Translations under genes and position numbers: made by a program
The notes under the pieces: generated by a model
Database searches by the model: none
What the model saw: the letters and a program-made list of their open reading frames with translations, nothing else
What the model was told of the DNA's origin: nothing
Shown here: piece after piece, positions 48,951 to 58,635 of the stretch
How the letters are laid out: each line of letters begins with the position of its first letter
How positions within the stretch are numbered: the first letter of the stretch is position 1
From: Candidatus Micrarchaeota archaeon
GTDB lineage: Archaea; Micrarchaeota; Micrarchaeia; Anstonellales; JAHKLY01
Direction: 5' to 3'
Assembly (NCBI GenBank): GCA_020854825.1
Contig: JAHKLY010000002.1
Span: 64,001-128,000 of the forward strand
Length of the DNA stretch: 64,000 bases

Positions 48951-49862
48951 ATGAATAAAGAAGAATTAAAAAAAATAATAAAAAATTCAGGTTTATCAGA
49001 CAAAGCAAAAGCAGATTTAACTTTATTAATAGACGAAAAAAAAGCTAAAGCAAAAATTGAATTTAAAACATTAACCGAACTAGAAGCAAAAAATGCGGAT
49101 ATTGTAAAATTTTTAGAAAGTTTAAAAAAACAGGGGCTAACATTTAAGTATGAAATTAAAGGAAAAGATGTTGTTTTATATTTATTGTATCAAGAGTCTG
49201 AAATAAAAGAGTTAAACACCTTAAGAGATGAAAAACTTCCGAATATCAAAAGAATAAATTCAAAAACTACTTTTAAACGTGAATACTTACAAATTAAAAA
49301 TAATCTAGCAAATAAACCTGAACTGCCTATATTTAAAGTGTTTGGAGATTCTTTTAAATTTTATACTCATTTTAGAATAAATTTTATGGATAGATTAATA
49401 GAACATAACCCAAGTTTAGAAGAATTTAAGCACATCATCGACATAGTCTTAAAACAAGCTTTAACTATGACTTCTAAAGAAAAAGTGACTGAATTATATA
49501 AAGGATCTTTATTACAGTTTAACGCAGAAATTGATGAAAATTTCAGAAAAAAACTATTTGAATCTGCAAAAAAAGAACTTTTTTTTAGATTAGATTTTAA
49601 AAAGAATGAATTTACTACTGAAGATGCAAAGAATACTGCAGATTTATTTGAAATTAATTTTATTAAAAAATTAAAGAGTATTTATGGATCACAAGAGGAG
49701 TTATTATTTGTTATTTTAAAAGCAGTGGATAAAATTTCTAATACAAAAAATATTAAACAAGCAGATGAATATCTTAAGAATATTTTTCCTAAAATTTTAG
49801 AAGAAGAAAAAAATAATCCTAAAGCACTAACAAAAATAAAGCAAAGAATAGAATCAGTATAA
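48951..49862 (+). CDS. hypothetical protein
   Basis: 303-aa K/E-rich ORF; no motif. Confidence 0.6.
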   Translation: MNKEELKKIIKNSGLSDKAKADLTLLIDEKKAKAKIEFKTLTELEAKNADIVKFLESLKKQGLTFKYEIKGKDVVLYLLYQESEIKELNTLRDEKLPNIKRINSKTTFKREYLQIKNNLANKPELPIFKVFGDSFKFYTHFRINFMDRLIEHNPSLEEFKHIIDIVLKQALTMTSKEKVTELYKGSLLQFNAEIDENFRKKLFESAKKELFFRLDFKKNEFTTEDAKNTADLFEINFIKKLKSIYGSQEELLFVILKAVDKISNTKNIKQADEYLKNIFPKILEEEKNNPKALTKIKQRIESV

Positions 49863-49890
49863 TTAAAAACCCTATTTGTGTAACAAGATT

Positions 49891-50505
49891 ATGAAAATAT
49901 ATCTTTTAAGGCATTCTGAAACTGAATTAAATGAAAAGGATATAATAAGTGGAGATAAAGATGCAAAATTAACTGAAAGGGGTAAAAAACAAGCAAAAAA
50001 TTTAGGTGAATTTCTAAGAACAAAACATATTTCTAAAATATATACTAGTGACATCAAAGGAAGTAAAGAAACAGCAAAATTAATTGCTGAAGCCATTAAA
50101 AAAAAACCAAAAATAATCAGAATTAAAAAGTTTAATGAAAGGAATTTGGGTTTTTTTCAAGGTAAAAGATGGGATGTTATATCTGTTTTTTATAAAGAGT
50201 ATTTATTTAAATCAGAGAATAGATTAATTAAAACAATTTTAGAACCTAAAAATGGAGAGACTTGGGAGGAATTAAAAAATAGAGTTATCTCTGCAATTAA
50301 TGATATATTAGAAAAAAATAAGAAACCTATAGTCATAGTAGGACATTTGGATGTAAATAGAATTTTGTTAAGATATATGGGAAATATGACTGAAAAAGAG
50401 ATGTATGAAATTTGGCAAACTTCATCAAGTGTAAATCTTATTGAATATAAAAATGAAAAATTTGAGATTAAAGTAATAAATTATATATTAAGTAAAAATA
50501 GGTGA
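49891..50505 (+). CDS. histidine phosphatase (phosphoglycerate mutase-like)
   Basis: LLRHSET, LTERGKKQA, NER.LG, GETW, VGH. Confidence 0.85.
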   Translation: MKIYLLRHSETELNEKDIISGDKDAKLTERGKKQAKNLGEFLRTKHISKIYTSDIKGSKETAKLIAEAIKKKPKIIRIKKFNERNLGFFQGKRWDVISVFYKEYLFKSENRLIKTILEPKNGETWEELKNRVISAINDILEKNKKPIVIVGHLDVNRILLRYMGNMTEKEMYEIWQTSSSVNLIEYKNEKFEIKVINYILSKNR

Positions 50506-50509
50506 TTAT

Positions 50510-50953
50510 ATGGATAAAAAAAATGAGCCCTTTAAATTGTATAAAGCAAATAAAACAAATACAGGTTCTGCATTGCAGTTAGATTTGAATGTATTAAAAA
50601 AATCTGTGTTTTTAGATTGTGCAAAACAAAAAGATGAAAAAATATTTGACTGGGAACATAAATTAACTATAAAACTTTCAGTTTCTGATATTTCAAAGAT
50701 ATTAAGTGTCTTAGATAATAAAATAACTAGTGAAAAATTGTTTCATCAGCCATCTAAAGGAGAATATGAAATAGCAAAAGATGTAAAAAACAATGTATTA
50801 GAAATAACTAAGTCTCAATATGGATATTCATTGAGAATAAGTCAACAAAATACAACTGGAGTAAATGCTATTATGGTCACAATAAGTGATAGTGAAAGTA
50901 TTATAATAAAAATTTTATTACAGAATGCGATATTAAAGATTTATGGATGGTAA
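50510..50953 (+). CDS. Whirly-like (PC4-fold) ssDNA-binding protein candidate
   Basis: LYK..AL, FDWEHKLTIKLSVSDI, LFHQPSKG and C-terminal helix ending YGW match the plant Whirly pattern. Confidence 0.65.
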   Translation: MDKKNEPFKLYKANKTNTGSALQLDLNVLKKSVFLDCAKQKDEKIFDWEHKLTIKLSVSDISKILSVLDNKITSEKLFHQPSKGEYEIAKDVKNNVLEITKSQYGYSLRISQQNTTGVNAIMVTISDSESIIIKILLQNAILKIYGW

Positions 50954-50954
50954 A

Positions 50955-51698
50955 ATGGCAAGAAAAACTATGAGAAATCCATTTGGAAGAATTAAATGGA
51001 TAATAAAAGAATCAGATGCAATAATCGAAGTAGTTGATGCAAGAGATATTGAAGGAACACGAAATCAAGCAATAGAAAAACTTGCAAGAGGTAAAAGATT
51101 AATTATTGCAATTAATAAATCTGATTTAACAAATGAAAGACCTATCTTAAAAACTAGGTTAGATTATGTTTATGTCAGTTCTAAGAAAAAACAAGGTAAA
51201 AAAAAGCTTTTAGATTTAATAGTACAAAATACAAAAAAAGATCATTTAAAAGTTGGAATATTAGGTTACCCAGATGTTGGAAAGTCATCTTTGATTAATT
51301 ATTTAGTAGGTAGGAAGGCAGTAAAAACAGGTGCAACACCAGGAGTCACAAAAGGAAAGCAGTATATTCGAATTTCAGAAAGAATATTATTAATTGATTC
51401 ACCTGGAGTATATCCAAGAAAAGAAGGTAGAATTTCATTAGTTATGAAATCTGCAGTTGATATTGATAAATTTGAAGATCCTGAAGAAGTAGCACTAAGA
51501 GTAATTAGTTTATTTATTAAAAAGAATCCTAATAGATTGTTTGAATATTTTGATATTAAACCCTCTAATAACCCAAATAAAATTCTTAATTCAATTGCAG
51601 AGCGAAGAAAACTTATTTTAAAAGCAGGCGAATTAAATATTTATGAAGCAGCAAAAATTTTAATCAGAGATTATCAAAAAGGAAAATTGAAATTATAA
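50955..51698 (+). CDS. circularly permuted ribosome-biogenesis GTPase (RbgA/YlqF family)
   Basis: DAR, NKSD (G4) preceding GYPDVGKSS (G1), PGVTKG, DSPG. Confidence 0.9.
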   Translation: MARKTMRNPFGRIKWIIKESDAIIEVVDARDIEGTRNQAIEKLARGKRLIIAINKSDLTNERPILKTRLDYVYVSSKKKQGKKKLLDLIVQNTKKDHLKVGILGYPDVGKSSLINYLVGRKAVKTGATPGVTKGKQYIRISERILLIDSPGVYPRKEGRISLVMKSAVDIDKFEDPEEVALRVISLFIKKNPNRLFEYFDIKPSNNPNKILNSIAERRKLILKAGELNIYEAAKILIRDYQKGKLKL

Positions 51699-51779
51699 AT
51701 AATTTTGATGTATTTTTAAAAAAGATGTTTACAGATATATTAAGATAGATTTAAAAATATCTCTATTTTGAATACTATT

Positions 51780-51998
51780 ATGGAAGAAGAAATTGTATCT
51801 GATAAACCTATAGCAGTTAAAAAAGGATATATGTACTATATTGATTCAAAAGGGTATGCACATGAAGCAGTTCCTGGGGATATGAATACGGATAAGAGAT
51901 TGACTGGGATTCCTCCAGTTAGAAAACAAAAAGGTTATGTATATTATGTAAATCTTAAAGGATACATCTGTAGAAGAAAACCTATGAAAGGTAGATAG
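51780..51998 (+). CDS. small basic protein with duplicated KGYxYY(I/V)xxKGY motif
   Basis: KKGYMYYIDSKGY and QKGYVYYVNLKGY. Confidence 0.65.
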   Translation: MEEEIVSDKPIAVKKGYMYYIDSKGYAHEAVPGDMNTDKRLTGIPPVRKQKGYVYYVNLKGYICRRKPMKGR

Positions 51999-52029
51999 GT
52001 TTTAATAGTTTTATTTTTTTATTTTAATT

Positions 52030-52464
52030 ATGAGATTAACTGATTTGATACCGAAAATTGAAAAAAAGGAATCAGTTCAAGATAAATTCTCAAGACATCT
52101 AAATGAAAATGGGAAAGAATATGAACGAGTAGAAGTTATTTTTTCAAAATTTAGGGATGATAATATTAAACTATCTTTTTATGGAATTAAAAATGGAGAA
52201 AAACACGATATTGCAGTTTGGCCTCTTAATTTTGAATCCTGTGCTGCTTTATATACTAAAATACAAGAAGCAAAAAATAAACAAGAAGGGGGTTTGATAA
52301 TAGTTTCAAAAAACAGAGGTCTTTTTAGAGATATGATAGGGAATGGAGGAGAAGTAAGAATTACTTTGAATAATGTTAAACATAAATCTGATTTTGGAGA
52401 ATTTAAAGTTGAAGAAATTGTTGAAAATCTTAGAATTAAAGATACTCTAACTATGGGAAGATGA
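52030..52464 (+). CDS. hypothetical protein
   Basis: 144-aa ORF; no motif. Confidence 0.55.
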   Translation: MRLTDLIPKIEKKESVQDKFSRHLNENGKEYERVEVIFSKFRDDNIKLSFYGIKNGEKHDIAVWPLNFESCAALYTKIQEAKNKQEGGLIIVSKNRGLFRDMIGNGGEVRITLNNVKHKSDFGEFKVEEIVENLRIKDTLTMGR

Positions 52465-52469
52465 TTATA

Positions 52470-53198
52470 TTATTTAGGTGCATTTGGAAGCCCATTAATA
52501 GAAAGAATAATTGGAAAAACTGCATCTCCATTTTTAATATATTGCCAGTTTATAGGATTTATAAGTATATATCCAGAAGGATGTACACATTTTTCTTTAG
52601 TATACCAGTCATTAAAAATTCCTGTATTTTGTAAGTTTTCTTTAGAAGAATATACTTTTTCACGTATTGAATTTTTATAGATAGTATTATTTTCAAATTT
52701 TAATTCAACATCCTCTAAAATCTCTAAATGAAGATGGGGCCCAGTAATAGTTTTTCCAGTCAAAGGAGTTTGAGGAATTTCATTTGTATCTCTAATAGAT
52801 ATTCCAGATTCTCCTAATTTTCCTATTTCCTGACCTGCAATTACAATAGTTCCTTCTCTAACATTTATAAAATCTAAATGTGCATAAATAATAGAATAAT
52901 TATGTGTTCCTAATCTGTTTTTAATAATCACAGTTTTTCCAAAACCTTTTAATTCGCCAGAAAAAATTACCTTTCCTGAAAACATTGAAACTACTGAAAG
53001 ACCTTTTTCACCATAAATATCAATGCCTTGATGAATTCTTATCTGTTTGTTTGATAATACTCTAGGTGCGCCTAATAAATAATTTTTATGCATTTTAGAA
53101 AATGACTCTTCCCATTGGGCAATTCTCTTTTCATGTTCTAATTTAGGTCTATATTCTTCCCAAGGGGTCTGCTTTAAAATCATAATAATGTTAAACAA
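52470..53198 (-). CDS. M23 family metallo-endopeptidase
   Basis: HQGID (HxxxD), GFGKTVII, YAHL, GQEIG..G.SG, TGPHLHLEI (HxH). Confidence 0.88.
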   Translation of the reverse strand: MFNIIMILKQTPWEEYRPKLEHEKRIAQWEESFSKMHKNYLLGAPRVLSNKQIRIHQGIDIYGEKGLSVVSMFSGKVIFSGELKGFGKTVIIKNRLGTHNYSIIYAHLDFINVREGTIVIAGQEIGKLGESGISIRDTNEIPQTPLTGKTITGPHLHLEILEDVELKFENNTIYKNSIREKVYSSKENLQNTGIFNDWYTKEKCVHPSGYILINPINWQYIKNGDAVFPIILSINGLPNAPK

Positions 53199-53231
53199 AA
53201 GCCTTTTATATTCTTTTTTATTAGTTTAATT

Positions 53232-53786
53232 ATGGAATTCTGTCAAAATATTAATTTAAGCAAAAATATTCTTTCATATAAACGTTCAGTATTTGAAATA
53301 ATATTTTTTTCAATCTTATGTTTTACTATCTCTTTTTTCCTAGTGCATCCCCAATGGGCTGTTGGGACTGTTGTTAACGCAATTTTATTTAGAGTTGCAA
53401 TAACTCAAAAAGGGTTAAAATTTTTATTACCAATAGTTATTTTACCTAGTTTGGGTGCCATTTTATCAGGTTTAATATTTGGAACTCCAGTTTTAAATTT
53501 ATTTATTTTTGCGCCTTTGATATGGCTAGGAAATTTTTTATATATTTTAATTAATAAATCGTTTATTCTAAAAAATCGCTTAAATCCAGTTATTAGCTTA
53601 GCAAGTGCTTCTATAGTTAAAGGAGGGATTTTATTTATGGGCGCTTTAATTGCAGTGTATGTGTTTAATTTTCCAAATATATTATTAACAGCAATGGGGC
53701 TAATTCAGGTATTAACAGCTGTTTTTGGTGGTTTATTAGCCATTTCATATCAAGAGATTGAAAATATGTTTTTTAAACAAGTTTAA
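53232..53786 (+). CDS. membrane protein, ECF S-component-like
   Basis: About six TMs; QWAVGTVVNA, LPS and GLIQVLTA pattern. Confidence 0.5.
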   Translation: MEFCQNINLSKNILSYKRSVFEIIFFSILCFTISFFLVHPQWAVGTVVNAILFRVAITQKGLKFLLPIVILPSLGAILSGLIFGTPVLNLFIFAPLIWLGNFLYILINKSFILKNRLNPVISLASASIVKGGILFMGALIAVYVFNFPNILLTAMGLIQVLTAVFGGLLAISYQEIENMFFKQV

Positions 53787-53832
53787 AAAAATAAAAAGAA
53801 GAATAAAAACAATTTAGTTAACAAAACGGCAT

Positions 53833-53868
53833 TTATTTTTTTGGTTTTGCTTTTTTCTTTCCTGCCAT
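53833..53868 (-). CDS. putative 11-aa micropeptide MAGKKKAKPKK
   Basis: AGGAGG SD shortly upstream of ATG, TAA stop, T-rich tract downstream. Confidence 0.4.
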   Translation of the reverse strand: MAGKKKAKPKK

Positions 53869-54021
53869 TTTAATCCTCCTTTATACATTTATTGTACTTA
53901 CAACTAATGTTGTGATAAAAATACTTCAAGTGGATTTAAAAACAAATCTTTATTTAAAAAATATAAGGACGAATTTTAGACACTTAAACATCAAAAACTA
54001 CTTTTTATAAAATTTAAATTA

Positions 54022-54150
54022 TTTTAGTAAAACTAAAATGATTTTAGTTTTAAAGAATAGATTAATTTATATTTATAATCCAAAAAATATGTTTATTTTT
54101 TTGAATTCAAGTATTTTTCCCTTTCCAATACTTTTTTAGTAAAACTAATA
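54022..54150. promoter_or_regulatory. TTTTAG-N5-CTAAAA palindromic boxes (also at 57527-57543 and 58145-58161)
   Basis: TTTTAGTAAAACTAAAA at 54022-54038 and near-copy TTTTAGTAAAACTAATA at 54134-54150. Confidence 0.55.
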
Positions 54151-54215
54151 CTTTTTTAATAATGATTAAATTTTATTTACAAGCTATTTTAAAAATTTAC
54201 TTTTAAAATTAATAT

Positions 54216-54485
54216 ATGCAAGAAACAGTAACTAAATTAATAGGATTATTACTTACATTTAAACAGGAACAAGATCGAAGTAAAAAAGCAGTTTTAGCCA
54301 AACAGGTCTCTAATATTTGTTCACTTAATTTTAGAATTGCCGCTAAAAAAAATCAAAAATTAGCTCAATTAATGCACCCATTAATTGCATTAGGATATTT
54401 TCAAGTGCATTCTGATAAGTTTGATCCTAATGAAAAAGAATTAGATAGGATAATACAAAAATTAATTCAATTAAATAATACTTGA
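54216..54485 (+). CDS. hypothetical protein
   Basis: 89-aa ORF. Confidence 0.5.
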   Translation: MQETVTKLIGLLLTFKQEQDRSKKAVLAKQVSNICSLNFRIAAKKNQKLAQLMHPLIALGYFQVHSDKFDPNEKELDRIIQKLIQLNNT

Positions 54486-54522
54486 AGATAACTTTAATAA
54501 CTTACTCCTTTTTTATATAGTT

Positions 54523-54810
54523 ATGATATTTATACTTGGAATAATTGGTTTAAGTTTATTATTATTAGGTTGGATTTATGAAACATTACAAACTATAAAA
54601 GATAGGCACTGTGATGTTAAACTTACCTTTGCAGGGCTTTATTTTATAGGTAGTTTATTACTTTCAATTTACGCATTTGTTTTAGATGATGTAATTTTTA
54701 TGGCGTTGAATGGTACAGCTGCTATAATTGCATTAATTAATATCTATTTTATATTATTTGGGGAAAAATATTCTGCAGAATATAAAAAATTACTAAAAAA
54801 AAGAAATTAA
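54523..54810 (+). CDS. three-TM SemiSWEET/PQ-loop-like membrane protein
   Basis: LGIIG, GS.LLSIYA, FMALN three-helix pattern. Confidence 0.55.
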   Translation: MIFILGIIGLSLLLLGWIYETLQTIKDRHCDVKLTFAGLYFIGSLLLSIYAFVLDDVIFMALNGTAAIIALINIYFILFGEKYSAEYKKLLKKRN

Positions 54811-57467
54811 AAAAATTTCGTATTAATTAATTTTATTATTTCTGAAAATAATAAAACTCCAATTGCAATAGAAATTGGTAGTATCCAATCAGATAAAGAA
54901 ACAGAACTAAATTTGAATATCTCTTTAAAGAATGGGTGATATATCATAGTAATTGTTATTAAAAATACTAAAAATACCCCAAGTAAAAGATATTTATTTT
55001 TGAATATATTAATTTTGTAAATCGGTTCTTCCAATGATTTAAATGCAAATGGAACACAAAAAATCATTGAGGTTATAGTTATAAAAACCATAGTTCTAGC
55101 TTTTTGAATGTCTTCTATAGGATCACTAAGGTAAAATACAAAAAAGGCAGAAATTGCCATAAATAAAGCCATGGTTATAATCAATAATGAATTCTTTTTA
55201 TTAAGGAATTTTTCATTAGTGTTTCTAGGAGGTTTATGCATAAGTTTATTTGATGGAGGATCTAATCCAAGTCCAATAGCTGGCATAGATTCATCAAATG
55301 TATTAATAAATAAAATTTGTATTGCAATTAATGGAAGGTACTCAAATCCAAAAAATACAATTCCTAATATAATTAATATTAATTCAGTAAAATTTCTTGA
55401 AATGAGATAACAAATGAATTTTTCTATATTCTCATATATTCCCCTTCCTTGTTTTATTGCTTCAACAATTGTTGCAAAATTATCATCTTGTAATATAATT
55501 TCACTTGCTTCTTTGGCAACTTCAGTACCTTTTATTCCCATTGCTATACCAATATGCGCTTTTTTTAATGCTGGTGCATCGTTAACTCCCTCTCCAGTCA
55601 TCGAGACAATATGTCCTATATTTTTTAATGCTTCAACAATTCTTAGTTTTTGTTCAGGCAAAATTCTTGCATAAATATAAATATATTCAACAATACTTTC
55701 AAACTCTTCTTTTGTTAATTCATCTAATTCTTTACCAGTTATTACTCCATCTTTAGTTATTTCTATTATTTTTTTGTTATTTTCTTTTACTATGGGCGTA
55801 TCTTGAAATGATAAATTTATTTTTTTGGCAATTGCTTTAGCTGTATTTTCATTATCTCCAGTTATCATAATTACCTTTATACCTGCATTTTTACACATTT
55901 CTATTGATAATTTCACTTCTTCTCTAGGAGGGTCCATCATAGCAATTAGTCCTAAAAATACAAGATCTTCTTCAATTCCTTTTTTATCTTCAATTATTTT
56001 TGTTGCAATTCCAAGGACCCTATATGCATGATTTCCAAATTCAATATTCTTTTTAAGTATTTTTTCTTTATCTTTTTTTGTAAGTTTTTTAATTCTATTA
56101 TTCTCTTTTATATACTCACATTTTTCAAGAATAATTTCTGGGGCTCCTTTTGTATAAACTATTTTTGTATTATTTGTTTTATGAAGTGTAGTCATAATTT
56201 TTCTTTCAGAGGTAAAAACAAGTTCTTCTTTTCTCGGAAATATTTTATCTAAATGGTCTTTCCATAAATTTGCTTTTGTAGCTGCAATTATCAATGCAGC
56301 TTCAGTTGGATCTCCAATAATATTAGGCGCATTTGATACAAATTTGACATTAGCATTATTACATAGTATGGATCCAGTCAAAAGGTGAGTAAGTTCCTTT
56401 TCTTTAAGTAAATCAATAGATTTATTATTTAAAGTTATTACGCCTTCTATTGAATATCCATTTCCAGATATTTCAAATGTTTTTCCATTAACATATACTT
56501 TTTCTACAGTCATCTCATTTTTAGTTAAGGTTCCTGTTTTATCTGTACATATTACTGTAACCGAACCAAGTGTTTCAACCCCAACCATTTTTTTAACTAT
56601 TGCATTATGTTTTCCCATTCTATCCATACTAAAAGCAAGAGTTAAAGTCAAAGTTAAAGGTAAACCTTCCGGTACTGCTGCCACCATTAAAGCTAAAGCA
56701 ACAACAAGTGTTTCCCCAAGTGATCCTCCCCTAAATATGCCCAAAATAAAGGTTAAAATACACAAAAAAAATGCTATGACTGCTAATTTTTTTGCAAGTG
56801 AATCAATTTTAAGTTGTAATGGAGTTTCTTCCTTTATTTCTTGAACTAACTCTGCAATTTTTCCAAGTTTTGTTTCCATACCTGTTTTTATGACTACTAC
56901 TCTCCCTTTTCCATATACAACTTGAGTTCCAGTATATACATATTCACCAATAGTTTTTTCTATTGAAATACTTTCTCCAGTTAATGCAGATTCATCAACC
57001 TTAAAGCTTATTGCTTCAAATATAATACAATCTGCTGGTATTTTATCCCCTGCTTCTAAAATTAAAACATCTCCAGGTACTAATTCTTTAGTATCTATTT
57101 CAATTAGTATATCATTTCGTATTACTTTTGCGATAGGAGTTATAATTTTTTTAAGTGAATCCATTGTTTTTTCTGCTTTATACTCTTGTATAAACCCTAA
57201 CAATATAACAAAAACTATGGTTGTTAATATTATCCAAAAATTAAGCATTTCATCAATTAAAATTGATATTATTGCAGCACCAAATAGAACATATAATATA
57301 AAATTTTTAAATTGATTAATAAAGAGCTTTAATATAATTGACTCTTTTTTCTTTTTTAATTCATTATATCCATATTGATTTAAACGTTTTTTTGCTTCTA
57401 TATCTTTTAACCCTTTTTGAGAACTTTCTATATTTTTAAATACCCATTCAATTTTCTTATTAACCAT
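54807..57467 (-). CDS. P-type cation-transporting ATPase (type II, Ca2+-like)
   Basis: TGES, VPEGL, DKTGTLT, KGAPE, DPPR, MITGD, TGEGVNDAPAL. Confidence 0.93.
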   Translation of the reverse strand: MVNKKIEWVFKNIESSQKGLKDIEAKKRLNQYGYNELKKKKESIILKLFINQFKNFILYVLFGAAIISILIDEMLNFWIILTTIVFVILLGFIQEYKAEKTMDSLKKIITPIAKVIRNDILIEIDTKELVPGDVLILEAGDKIPADCIIFEAISFKVDESALTGESISIEKTIGEYVYTGTQVVYGKGRVVVIKTGMETKLGKIAELVQEIKEETPLQLKIDSLAKKLAVIAFFLCILTFILGIFRGGSLGETLVVALALMVAAVPEGLPLTLTLTLAFSMDRMGKHNAIVKKMVGVETLGSVTVICTDKTGTLTKNEMTVEKVYVNGKTFEISGNGYSIEGVITLNNKSIDLLKEKELTHLLTGSILCNNANVKFVSNAPNIIGDPTEAALIIAATKANLWKDHLDKIFPRKEELVFTSERKIMTTLHKTNNTKIVYTKGAPEIILEKCEYIKENNRIKKLTKKDKEKILKKNIEFGNHAYRVLGIATKIIEDKKGIEEDLVFLGLIAMMDPPREEVKLSIEMCKNAGIKVIMITGDNENTAKAIAKKINLSFQDTPIVKENNKKIIEITKDGVITGKELDELTKEEFESIVEYIYIYARILPEQKLRIVEALKNIGHIVSMTGEGVNDAPALKKAHIGIAMGIKGTEVAKEASEIILQDDNFATIVEAIKQGRGIYENIEKFICYLISRNFTELILIILGIVFFGFEYLPLIAIQILFINTFDESMPAIGLGLDPPSNKLMHKPPRNTNEKFLNKKNSLLIITMALFMAISAFFVFYLSDPIEDIQKARTMVFITITSMIFCVPFAFKSLEEPIYKINIFKNKYLLLGVFLVFLITITMIYHPFFKEIFKFSSVSLSDWILPISIAIGVLLFSEIIKLINTKFF

Positions 57468-57679
57468 ATTCTCTCCATTTTAATTTTATAATCAATATTT
57501 ATAAAATATATGTAAGTATAAAATACTTTTAGAAAAACTAAAAGAGTTTTTTTATTTCTTTTTAGACTTTTTAATTTATCTTCTTAAAATATAATACTTT
57601 ATACAAGTTTTATTAAAAAGGCATACTAATATGCAATTAAATACATACGTTTTTTAATATTTTCAATTAAAAAAAATTT

Positions 57680-58135
57680 ATGATTAAAGTTCCAAACTTA
57701 AATTTACCAGAAATTCAAATTCAACAAGCAGGTGTTGATTTAACATTAGATAAAATTTTCGAATTTACATCAAAAGGCCAAATAGATTATGATAATTCAA
57801 AAAGAAGGATAGCAGAAACTAAAGAATTAGAATTTGATGATGAAATTTTTTTAAAACCAGGAACATATAAAGTTCAATTAAGTGAAATAATTAAAATTCC
57901 TGAAGACTGTTTAGGCATATGTTTACCTAGATCCACTTTGTTAAGATGTGGCGCTACTATACATACTGCTTTTTGGGATCCTGGTTATGAAGGTAAAAGT
58001 GAAATATTATTAGTTGTTTATAATCCAGAAGGTTTAATTTTATGTAAAAAAGCCAGAATTGCACAAATGACTTTTGTTAAAGTAGAAGATTCAAAAGGAT
58101 CTTATAAGGGCGCATATTATAAAGAAAACCTTTAG
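57680..58135 (+). CDS. dut: trimeric dUTPase (dCTP deaminase superfamily)
   Basis: GVDLTL, PRSTLLRCG, WDPGYEG, RIAQ, YKGAY. Confidence 0.85.
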   Translation: MIKVPNLNLPEIQIQQAGVDLTLDKIFEFTSKGQIDYDNSKRRIAETKELEFDDEIFLKPGTYKVQLSEIIKIPEDCLGICLPRSTLLRCGATIHTAFWDPGYEGKSEILLVVYNPEGLILCKKARIAQMTFVKVEDSKGSYKGAYYKENL

Positions 58136-58220
58136 GAAAAAGAGTTTTAGTAAAACTAAAAGACTTGTTTTTATAGTAAAAATCATAGATTATTTAAAAT
58201 GTATATAATCTAATTAATTT

Positions 58221-58397
58221 ATGAAAATCAAACAGAAAGTGATTCATAAGATAGATAAAAAAATTGAAAAAAATATAATTAAAAGAAATTTTTGTATTGG
58301 ATATCACGCAGATGAACTAGCAGATAAATTTAATAATCGCGCTAAACGTTGGTATGCTGTAAAAATATTTATTGATCCATTAGTAGATAAAATATAA
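58221..58397 (+). CDS. 58-aa hypothetical protein (not in ORF track)
   Basis: ATG to TAA ORF MKIKQKVIHK...DPLVDKI downstream of a palindromic box. Confidence 0.35.
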   Translation: MKIKQKVIHKIDKKIEKNIIKRNFCIGYHADELADKFNNRAKRWYAVKIFIDPLVDKI

Positions 58398-58407
58398 ATA
58401 AAAACCG

Positions 58408-58635
58408 CATATAAGTAAACTACTGTGCGTTTCAGAAACCATAACAGTAAACTCTTAATAATTCCAAAAACTGGAAATTTAATGTTTGGTTTACTGTAAT
58501 GATGTTATATATCAAAAGTGTGTCGCAAAAGCGGGCTTAATTTTTAAAATAGGGTAAAAAGCGCTGTTTTTAATAAATTTCATATAATTCAGTTTACTAT
58601 AATGGGGTTTTTATCTTCATTGGTTTACTATATTG
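58408..58635. repeat. five dispersed 14-bp RGTTTACT-N3-WTG boxes in inverted arrangement
   Basis: Minus-strand copies at 58408-58421 and 58440-58453; plus-strand copies at 58488-58501, 58591-58604 and 58622-58635. Confidence 0.7.

Noticed and set aside
53833-53868. Micro-ORF as ribosomal protein eL41
   Set aside because: Lacks the Arg-rich KW.KKR pattern and is about half the length.
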